Assembly (NCBI RefSeq): GCF_037042905.1
Contig: NC_087245.1
Coordinates: forward strand, 10,356,001 to 10,420,000
DNA: 64,000 nucleotides
Direction of reading: 5' to 3'
DNA from: Lytechinus pictus
Taxonomy: Eukaryota
Notes under the pieces: generated by a model
The model's database searches: none
Told to the model about the DNA's origin: nothing
The model's input: the letters and a program-made list of their open reading frames with translations, nothing else
Made by a program: the position numbers and the translations under genes
In this document: piece by piece, positions 52,747 through 64,000 of the stretch
How the letters are laid out: each line of letters opens with the position of its first letter
Position numbering within the stretch: the first letter of the stretch is position 1

Positions 52747-55700
52747 AAGCAGAGTAATGTGTTTTTCATGAAGTAATATATTCATTGTTGATCTGAAGGG
52801 GAGAAAAAGGTGCAGATGTTACATTGATGTTATTTGTTACATTCTAAGAACCTTATTGAAATTAATTCTTTCTTAAAAATTCGTAATTTTAATGTCTGTT
52901 TGTATGATTATTTCCCCAGGAATGGCAGGTGTAAAGTATTGATTGACTCTATTCACTAAATACGGAGACTCTATTACCTTCCTGAGTGAGTTCAGCCACA
53001 GTAATTGTGACTAATTAATTGCCTTTTCCCAGAAAATTATTTTTATGAGACTGCTCTCCAAAACTATCTGAAATCATCTATCGAATTGAATATTGTCAAT
53101 TGTATGTAAAAAGACTTGCTCTGATGCAAGTATCGCATTAGGCTTTGGTCTTGATGGTTTTCACATGGAAAAATATCCATACATCAGGCACAGCATTTTG
53201 TAATACCCCAAGTTCATATACGCTTCTAATTTTTCTCAAGAAAGATTAAGTTAATATTGTGTACTTGCGGAATTGAATATCTGGCATTTTGCAGCACTTC
53301 CATAATGTTGGAATGTTAATTGAATGAACCATGACGACTTTAGGAGTTTCTAGGTCTCGTGGAGTCGACATAGTCGGAACAAGGAGATAAAACTGTCGAG
53401 AACCAGGATGTCATCAAGTCAACATGATTTGGACAAGAAGACAAATAGACATCTAGGAACGTGTCTCCTTGTCTTCATCAAGTCGACTTGACGAGGTCCA
53501 GGAATTTTTTGACTAATCTTGTCTTCTTAGTCTGACTTGGTCTACAGAGTAATTGCGACCCATGGTAGCCTATACCTCACGAATTTCCTCTTCCCAACTA
53601 ATTTTGTTCGTCTTCAGGTCCTAAGTTATCTCATTACCTTGATACAGTGCCTCATCTTGAGAACAGGTCTCAAACCTCCGTCACTCCATCTATATGCCCC
53701 AGAAATCAGACATTCTGTCAACACTTCATAAATACAAGTCCATGTGGCAGAGAATGGCGGATATAAGAAAAGGGTGTGGTCTGTTTGTCGGGTCTGCTGA
53801 AGTACACGGGTGACAGCACGTCCATGATGTGTGCATATTTTGGCAGTGTATAAGTATAAGAATTAAATGAAGGAGGGTGGGGGATTATGTTGCCTCCCGA
53901 ATGTATTGGCCTATTAAAACATATTAATCTGAGAAGTTGAAAAAATACCACGATTTCTTATCACAAGTCGTATGTATCTTTGAAGATATATCATGTATAT
54001 GCTACCATCATCATAATTATACTCTTGTTTGAGGTGTATGTTTATTCAACTGATTTTCTGTCCAAAAGCCTCAATTAACGTCAATCTTAGTAAAGTAAAC
54101 AAGAAAATATTTAACTGACGTTATTCACAAAAGTAACTGAACTTTATCCACATGTTTACATCTGAATCCTAAAGTAAAACAAAAATTGTCTAAAAAAGAA
54201 AATATAGAAGTATGAAACATAAAGTTAAAACAAGTTGACCACAGAAATCTCGTCACGTGGATGAAGAAGGAGAAGGATAAAACTAGGAAATGGATGGCGA
54301 GAATATAGACACACGATGAAACACTTGAGTCGATTCATAACCGCTGATATTGATTAGTCGAGAGGAGGAGGAGGGGAGAAAATGTGATCAAGTAAAGAGC
54401 AGCGGTGAAGACCCACCCCTCAAGTCAAATTCAGATTTCCTCAAGCACATGAAAAGAACGTGTGAAATTGTGAGGCACCGGTAAAGGGGGGGTTGGAGGA
54501 CAGGAAACTATTAAAGAGATTGACATTTTAAAGTTCGACCAACCGTGTGTGGTGCATGCATGTTTGACATGTTTTCTTTCTTTAAATTCGAGGAGGAGAG
54601 CCAGGGATGATAATGTACTGCATCACTAGATTAAACCTCCATCGAATTTCTCTGCCTCTGGCCGATTCGAATTTTTACACACCGAATTTATTAATGAGTG
54701 ATTACTAAGTTAAAAAGTTAAGTTTTCCATCGCTTCGCTCGCTCGAAGTTTTAAAAAACTAGTTCACCACACAGCAAACCTTACTCTATTCATTTTTCCT
54801 TATTACACCTATGTACATGTAGGCCTGTGGCATAAGACATAAGGATGGACGCCAATTTGAACTTATGAATAATGAATGTGGTGTTTACATAATTTACGTA
54901 AGCCCATTTAGCTCGTTCATTATCAGTAGTTGTCTTGGGATAAAAAGAAAGAAAGAAACAACAGTCGTTCGTTTTATTATGCCAATGTGTATGTGTGGTT
55001 TTTTTTTTTTTTGGGGGGGTGGAGTAAGTATTTATTTTGTCCAGACCATTTCGATTCTTCATCTAATGAAAGTCCTTTGCATTTTTTTTATTTATTTAGT
55101 TTTAATTGATTTTATTCAATTTAGGTTTATTGATTTCAGTTCAATTCAAATTGATATAATTCAAATCGATTCAATTCATCGAATTTTAACGCAAAGTCAT
55201 TGCATACATGCAAAATAAACAGACAAGAGGAAAAAAAAGACAAATACAAGGCATCATAAAAAACAAATACAAATACTGATTTTCAATTATTGTCATGATT
55301 GTATTTCATACATTTTCAGGGTCACGCAGTAACGAGTTCACATTTGTTCGTTGTTGAAAAGGAATTATTGTATTCCAATTTTAGCTACATGAGTTCTCCA
55401 AGTTTTTTATTTGTCGTGTATTGTGTATTTGATCATTTGAAATGAAATATAAAGAAATATACCATGTCCACCCATGTAAACTTTGATGGGACACCAAGGC
55501 GCCTTTTCCTGTGCGGTTTCAGGTCCACGGTAAACATGGTAAAGTCAGGATTAGGCGTCCCATTTGCGTGGTGCATATTTCCAGGCATATGTTTAGTATT
55601 TCACTAAGCCTTAGAAATCTAGACAATTTCTATATCTGGATGCTTTTCATTCATGTATGCATGAGAGATAAGAATATGGCTTCCACAGAAAAAATACATA

Positions 55701-58700
55701 GGCCATATACAGAAGTCGCCGCGTGTGGTAGTATAATGGGAACAAATGAATTCTTACAAAACGCAACAAAATTATTAGGTGCCAAATAGGTTTCGTATAA
55801 AATTAATAATTTGATCTCGTCTAGCAAAACATTTTGCAAATATTTTTTGTTCATAGTAAAGCATAGAATAAAGTACCCACGTGTTTGTAGATATATTTAG
55901 TGGTTTACAGCTTGTTCACATTTTTAGTCATTATTTTGTTTTCTTAATCAAGCGATTTAAATTCTTGTTTGTTTTGTGGATATAATTATTATGTTATTGT
56001 TCTCACCTAAAATACGAAGTACAAATGGATATTGAATAATCTAATTGCACAACTGGAAACTCAGGTCCATATGTTTAGATGGTTTACATGCACAGCTCCT
56101 TATTAGAAGCCGTTGTTATCTGTATGAATTCGATACAAAAAATTCCCCTCTCATATGTGTGGTATCTTGCGCCTGCAATGAATCAAACCCACTCCCCTGA
56201 CTGTCGAAGATCTTTAATATTTCATCATCTGAAATGGTGCTGCTTTATCATTGGAACATGAGGTAATTTCAGTCATTCTATTCTCGCCCTCATCCAACCT
56301 CTTTATCTCCTCATTCGAATCCATCATGGATTCATCATGCATCATTAGGCTCAGAATGGGTGCAAAGATGCCATCCTTATATTCCGAAGTGTCAAAATCA
56401 GAATCATTAACACGTTCAAAAGTCATTTTCACATTTTCCAGACATCGTGTCTTCTCCACAAAATATGCGCATCATCTGATCACAGCGGATGCTGGTAAAT
56501 ACAATTTTAATGTGTCTTTGTGAGGAACATGGCGGGATCGTTGTTATTAACAAACCATTTTCTTACTATTTTTCATGTTATTGATTACTATGAAAGCTGA
56601 CCTCATTTTTATTTTTATCGCTGCCATCAAGATCACCATCATTAAAATTGACACTAACCGTGATTTCTATCACTGCTATCAACATCATAACCAGAATCAT
56701 GAAAATTGATTATGCAGAAAGTCCAATACTAAAATTCCAATCAATTCAGCATTAACTTTCATTCTCTATATACTTTATGTTTGGTTGTTTCTAAATTGGA
56801 GTTGCCATGTTGGTAGATGTACGTTAAATATTAACTTAAAAGAGGTGGGCGTTTTGGAGTCAGTGCATTACCTCTTGTTTTCTACTAGCATTGTGGCCCA
56901 CATCCTCCATTCATCTTGAATGCATGGTGATGTCATGAAACAATCTGTTACCTTTGAAATTGTGATTGTAATTTCCATCATTATTTAATAAGGAGATGTA
57001 CCTCATTAAACACCATCCTTCCTCTCTCCATCAAATAACATCTGCTGGAGTAATAAAAATATAAAGTCAAGGGGAGGAGGGGTCTGTGATCTTCATAAAC
57101 ATATCATACCATGATTTCTTATTAGAGTCAAATACTGTCGATTACCTTTGGAATTTTTAGACCGAATTTAAATATTTGTCAAATTTGTTTCATTTCCAAT
57201 CTAGCATTTACTATTTTTTCGTTTATATTACAACCTTGGTACCCAGGTAATGGATATTGAAATATTTTTAGGAAAACAGCTATAGGTCATGTGATGAAAC
57301 GAAGTTTGAAGGAATGGGCGAATACCTTTCATTTTGGAAAATATTATGATATGATTACAATAATGTGATACCTAATTGCTCATCGGATATATTTCATTTT
57401 CCCACTTTCGATAATCTTTTTTTAACATATGTCTTTTAATATATAATGATATGTCTTTATTCATATCATCGAACTTTTGATTCAAATTCATTGCTCTTTC
57501 TAATTCGTTGTTATGAAATGAATGTCAGAATTATCTCATTGAGTTTTTAATTCTATTTTTCTCCGGACATTTTTCCTTTAAAATACGTACGTGTAAGACA
57601 TATACAATACATAGAACATTGATACGCCATATTTTATTTGCCCTAAAAATAGGTACACAGTGAAACTGAAAACTCAAATTAAACTTTTTATAAATGGATA
57701 TATGTCCCTTTTTAATGTTGATAATCCTTGGAGTTATAAACATGAAATATGTTTCATGGTTACATTCCTCTCCCCACGGTGAATATATCATGAAAGGAAT
57801 GTCTCACTGCATAGAAGGCAAGGCATAAATCAATTTTTATGGAGTGGTGCCCATTTTTATAACGGTTAAATAGTTATTCGATATCTTATTAGAAATATGA
57901 GCATCGTCCTGTCAATTATTTCATATCCTCCCTCACCTTGCTCTCTCTTCTTTATGAAACAAGAGCTTTCATATTGAATAGATGCTTCACGCCCCTCCAT
58001 CTCCTGTCAAGTTTTCTTGTTGAATCCATGTTAGAAAACCCTTGACCTCTCTCCTATATTCATCTCATTCTCAAGAAGCAATTTTTAAGAACACTCTGAT
58101 CAGAGGGCAGTTGGGTTAGCATAGCTCAAGACTTAGTGACAGATATAAGATCTTGTAGTAATGAAAGTAAAGTTACAATAAAAATGGAGCGATTTGAAAA
58201 GTTATTGCCTTAATTCTCTCCTTTCAGGTTATTTTTAAATTTTCTGTAAGCAAAAGATTTCTGATATAGCAATAATTATTGTTGACATCAAAAACATATT
58301 TTTTAATTATTTTTACTAGCGAGCAAAGAAAGCGACCGAAAATGAATATTCCCTCTAGAACATGGAGTTTTTGGCGTGATGATCTTCTTTTTTAAAAATG
58401 ATATTTTGTTTTAATAATTAGGTACCTGGTTGCCCAAATGTAAATGATAATCGGCATCGGGCTAGCTGGAGAAAAAAATGTGAAGGATAACTAAAACGAT
58501 TCCGAATTCATATCTATATATGAGCGAGCATAACGAGCGTTATAGAAATCGAAAACAATCAGTATCTATTTTGCAAAGTCGAACCCGTTTAACCAAATAC
58601 AAGGCTCTCCCAAAATGGGGAGGTGGGGCAAGCTTTTTTAGGGGCACGATCCCCTATCTTCTGGGTTAATAAATTCAATAAATACTGCAAGAACATGATG

Positions 58701-58951
58701 AAGGCCTACAGTTCATGTATTTGAAGGTGGATGTTTTTAATATGGACACGGAGGTTTTGATGGAAGTATATCGGTCGGAAATCTTGCAGATAAAGCTCTC
58801 ACCCAGCAACGCCTCGATTGTAGGGAGAATATGACTGGTGTACATATTTCTTAATCCTCTCAATACTAACATGATTTAATGAGGATTGATTCCGATATCA
58901 TAATTATGTTCTTCGTCTAATGATTAGCGTAGTCAATAATATTGCAAGCAT

Positions 58952-59561
58952 CAGGGGCGGCGGAACGTATTTTCGTTGAGGGGGGGGGGCAAAGCCAAAA
59001 AGGGCACTTATGTCCCAAATAGGACTTTTGGTGCAAACGGATATTTTCACCATGAGATTATCATCTATGTAAAGAAATTGTGTGTTTTGTAGTAATTAAG
59101 TTGAGCAAAGTATCTTTTTAAGTGACCCAAATCTTTTTGAAGACTGCATTTAGTGAATCATGAATAGGATATGGGCTACATATCGCACCAATTGAATAAT
59201 GCGAGCGCGAGCTGAAAATTTGTGATATTCTAACCAGAAAACTACTTAGTGCAAGCGCAAAACACGAGACAAAAATGTGAGATATTCCAACATGAAAACT
59301 GGACATTCTATGCATTTTTGTAACCATGAACAGGACGAATACCTTATACTAAATAATAATTGATGCGAGCGCGAGCCCAGAAAATGTGATTTTCTAACCT
59401 GAAATGTATTTTGTTTTACTTAAAAAAGGGCACATTTCATTTTGAAAAAAGGGCATTTTCCGTTTTGAAAAAAAGGTATTTTTTTCCTACGGGGATTTTT
59501 TATTTTTATTTTTTTTTTTTTGGGGGGGGGGGGGCACTTGCCCCCTATTCCGCCGCCAGTG
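58952..59561. mobile_element. hAT-type non-autonomous DNA transposon, 610 bp
   Basis: Perfect 8-bp TSD GCAAGCAT (58944-58951, 59562-59569). TIR CAGGGGCGGCGGAA / TTCCGCCGCCAGTG (12/14 match), with internal AAAAGGGCA and GCGAGCGCGAGC repeats and G-strings. Confidence 0.88.
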
Positions 59562-62500
59562 GCAAGCATTACCCTACCCTTTCTGTAATGAAACTTTAAA
59601 AAAAGATTTCTAACGCGCAGGTGATACAGCGGACTTCAAATCTTTGTGCTTGGACGCGAGTATAGTCTGGTAATGAAATTATGTGAAAGGATTGCACGAC
59701 CTGTCCTCTTCAGTAATTACATGATTGTTGATACAAATTTGGGCATGATCTCATTAGGTGTATAATGTGTTTGGGTATTAGGTTTGTTTAATATCACTAT
59801 AGCGATAAGGCAAGACCCCCTGTATAATGCAATGCTGATTCAATTTATACAGGTAAAATTTGTTGCTTATGACTACGTGAAAAGGTCATGAGTGGATCTA
59901 CACAAAGGGCAATAGATGGAAAAGGTTGATAATTAGAAACATGCATACCAAAGATATGCAAAACTGATGTATATGTTGAGACATGCGACAATATCTGAGT
60001 TGGTATCTCACAATTTGGATATAAAACTACTGTGGCCACATGTCTGTTTTCCACAATTAAACTGTATTTCATGTAAAGCATTTAAATTTATAAGTGGATA
60101 TGACTTTTAAAATGATAATTTTGATTTGTGATAGGCTTAATTATCATGCTATTCAATGATGTATTTAGTGACTTTCGTGTTTTGTCTGTCGTTATTATTA
60201 CCCCCTTAATTGCAATTTCTTCATATATGTTATAAAAACAGTATAGTCAATTTACTAATATTTTATTAATATGGGTCAAATTTTGCTAATGCTGTTAACC
60301 TCGAGTTCTGTTTTATGAGCTAAATATATATATATTTTTTTTTCTGTTTGGTATAGGAAGTTACTTGCATGTCCTTTTGTAAAATATTCTCAGATTTTCT
60401 CTTATCCAAAAAAAAAAGATGCGTTATAAAGTACTATTTTTGGTAACTTTTTTGAAGATATTTGCTCTGTATCAATTTACTTAAAAACATCTTGCATCCT
60501 AAAATGCTATACATTAACAGTTGTTCTACAAAGCAAATTCTAAGATTTTGTTTTCATAGAATGGCCCTATTTAGCTTCCTGTTTGATGTAAAAATATAAT
60601 CTTGAGGTACATCTAGGGCATATATTGATTTGTTTTTTCCTGCCGTGAACTTGGAAGAGTTGAACTTATTATTTTCTCTTTCAGGGTAGCCGGTCTATTG
60701 GGGACGAGTCTGTGTAATTTGGGGGAATGGGTATAGATTTGAATTGAACTTGCGGCTCAGCAGGTCATTGATTTAATGGTCTGATTTCCAGATCATGATT
60801 GACCGATCTTAAAATGTGTTCATACTCCCATAGCTTTAGGGTCCCCCTTTTTGAGATTCCCTTCAGTTTAGAAAGTAGTCTCAAATCAATGTTTTCATGG
60901 ATGTTGCCAGCAAGATTGTTGAAATATCATGGGTCGTGGTTGTCAGCTCTTGATGCTTGCTTATATCAGAATATAGGCTTTAAAAATCAAGAGCAATGAA
61001 TGTTTTAAATTAATATTCATAAGGTCTAATCGGAGTTGATGATTGTAATGAGAGAGTTTGGTATTATCCCGAGAACTTAACATTTACCACGACTAAGCAT
61101 GCTTAGTGATATTATCGTTTTTTATTTTGAATTAGTCTGACTATAGTGATTGTTTTAGCTTTATAATAATCTTTCATTTATCGAAATTTCCAATAAGTGG
61201 TTTCTCTAAATTGGATTTATTTAAATTGTAATTGACTTCCATAAACCAAAAATTTGTTTCATATTCTAAACATGGAAAACTACTTATTTTCAACTTACTC
61301 TCTAATCAAATACTGCGTGGGATGGTTTTCTGTAATTGTGTCTCTTGTAAATGGAAAATACGTGTAAAAGCGGGTTTCATGGTGGATTTGATAATTCTAT
61401 GTAATTCTTTGTTTTACGATTTAACAAATAACTTTCATAGCTATGAATAAAGATCTGCACTTACCACTCCCCCTCCTCATTCAGACCTTCAAATTTATCT
61501 GATATGTTAAAGAATGATATATTCATGCCGTGAATGTTATTACTTCTGGGCCATGTCGTATAAGCAATCTGCATTATCTGCTTTGGTATGATCCAAGCCA
61601 TATTTCGTATTTTAATTAGGATTTTTGTACATACATTTTGTTTTATGTTATGGTTAAATCAATTGAAATTTAATGGTCAATTTTACAAATGAATGAAAAA
61701 AAAAATGAACACACCCATTGGCTTGAGCTGACCACTCGTATATCAGTATGGGTATTCATTTTACGTTTTTCTTGAACGTTTATATCATTGTGAACACACC
61801 CTTTACTGACCACTCCAAGGGATATTTAAATTGAGTTCAATATGGTTGATGGATAAGGCAAAGCATATGGGCAGCAGGAGTCCAATAGTGCAATGATCAG
61901 GATACCAAAATCAAAGCTATTATAGACCTCCTGCAAAACTATTAGGCCCCGGATAGAAAAGGATTTACAAATACATACAGCTGAGCATCATTTGTCAATA
62001 TGGATGCAAGTAGAAGGTTCTCTCTTTTGGCAGGTTGCAGATCTCTAATTGGGATTAAGATGTTTTGAGTTTTGATGATGGGAGGACATCTCCAGTAATG
62101 ACTTGATCGGTCCTTTGATGTCATGGTCTACGTAAAAACTCGGCCTCGTCAGATGCAACAATCATCTATAACCCGATCCATTATAATTTTTGTTGGCATC
62201 TTAAACCAGCATGCTGGGGTTTGAGTTTATTTTTTCATTTTTTTTCAAATGTATTTTTTTTTTAAATTGTTAATGATGGGATGATGATACTGATGTACGT
62301 ATGCTATTATTCTATTATCATCATTTGTACTTTTAATGTCATCACTCTTTTGTTATTTTTCTTTTAGCAATATAATTATCATTATTTTCGTAGTGCGATT
62401 GTTATCATCTTTAAGAGATACTTCGGGGAAGCAACAAAAAAATAATCAAAAAACAGCTCGCAAGAAAGAAGCTAAAAGAGGACAAATGAAGGATACATAT

Positions 62501-64000
62501 AAAAATAATACAAATTCATTCGTATTTTACTGTTGAAACTATATCAAATCGTAATACGCCTTGTATAAAAATAGTAACAAAACCAATTGACTATTGTGGG
62601 GTCGTTCACAAAATTAAAACAGAAAAAAAAAATCAGAAGCAAATCTCAAATGTGCACTTGTGATTGGTTGAAAATGAAGTTTGGTTTAATAGAATTGCGT
62701 TCCTCTTTCACTTTGGTCATGAAGTAGTCAGGCAAATGAACTCCTACATTATTATCTTTGATCCCAAACAATATCTCTGCTTTCATCACGGCATACCTTC
62801 TCAGCATGATATCAGTCATCAATGCGTAGGTGGGCTCGATAAAGTGACCCTATAGTCTTCTAGAATTTAAACCTGTCTATTTTCATCTAGTCGAAATAGA
62901 TTTGACACTGACCTGAAATGACCCCACCCCAACTAGACTCTTCTCCCTGGGGATAGTTCAAAATTAACTTAAAGGAAATAAATGTTAAAAACTGATTGGG
63001 TTTAAGATCAATGCGTAACACTACAAAATAATGTTTCTTTATTGTTTAATAATTGTTAAAAATCTCCTCCGTTCCGCTTAATTTCTGTTCATTAATTTGC
63101 TCTGTACGAGAGGAAAACAATTTTGATAATTATATAATATGGGCTCTTTATCATTTAAAGATGTATTGTTAATTCAGGGTTAAATAGGATTACTTTCGGT
63201 TGAATATAATAAACAAATATCCCAATTTGTTCTGTTGTTCAGGTGGAACGATTTATAGATAAACTCCTTTAAATGGTTGGAATGTGTGAGACTGATAATA
63301 AGATAAAGCGAAGACAATTCTTAAATATGTGTATGTATGGGCAGGTAACGAAGTTGGGACCATGTACTCCATATTTATTTTGAACCTTTCCAATAACACG
63401 AAAGGAGTCATGGGTATTATGTTGGTGCCACACTGTGGGTCATCCAAGGACTCAACTAAGACAGGTGTATAAATTGTTCCACCTTGTTTGATTTTAGACA
63501 AGTTTGTCACCCATGCTGGAGTGCAGTATCACCCTGGGGTACATCCATGTTAAGCTCCTAATGGGGAAAATGTAATAAAGCAAATGAAAGGGCATAATTT
63601 ACCTAGAGGGGTTCTTGAGATTCAGACTGCAGAGATGTCAAAATATTCGTAACAAGTTGTTAACATGGTTAAAAATGTCTTCATATGATCAACAACATGT
63701 GAAACTAGGACACAACGAATGTGCCAAAGATGGGCCATACTTTATATCGTTTTACCATATAAATTTATTTCAATCAGTGCTTGGCAACGCGACTGAAAAT
63801 TTCCTTAGCTGATATTTTGGGGGGAGGGGGGTTAAAAATTGGTTCTTTTGAATGGACCAATGAATTTGTGACCCCTTTCAGCTCATATCGTTCCATTGTA
63901 CAGAAATAATAAATTCCCTTAAAGCTCAAGCAACTCGTGGAGGTTCAGAGATGACCCCATGCATTCCTTGAACCTCCTCGTACCCTCGCCCATGGTGTCA

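Noticed and set aside
53330..53545. Region with short direct and inverted repeats (catcaagtc x2, aagaagacaa/ttgtcttctt), considered as a CRISPR-like or structured array
   Set aside because: No regular repeat-spacer period and a eukaryotic context; best explained as a decayed transposon.
56214..56523. Protein-looking short ORFs (also 25585-25938, 37327-37575, 44792-45187, 58675-58872, 63253-63510)
   Set aside because: No recognisable domain and no consistent splice-site chain; lengths are as expected by chance.

Overview
AT-rich eukaryotic (animal) genomic DNA, most likely sea urchin/echinoderm. That assignment is an inference from the abundant poly-G strings, GA repeats, TACATGTA/TAGGCCTA words and the transposon spectrum. 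The window holds one convincing protein-coding gene, an intronless Frizzled-1/2/7 Wnt receptor on the minus strand (ATG 33393 to stop 31699, 564 aa), in the middle of a roughly 60-kb gene desert. The gene has a motif-rich CpG-containing promoter (CRE, two inverted octamers, CCAAT, E-box) and a uORF. A CpG-depleted downstream domain suggests a 3' UTR of up to about 5 kb with alternative poly(A) sites. The rest is candidate cis-regulatory DNA, microsatellites and non-autonomous elements: three near-identical TTAA-targeting Kolobok/T2-like MITEs in direct orientation, plus Tc1/mariner-, hAT- and CACTA-like MITEs, fold-back elements, a tRNA-derived SINE and a decayed LINE fragment. I found no supportable evidence of a novel multi-gene biological system. 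The findings are regulatory and structural hypotheses about the Frizzled locus.
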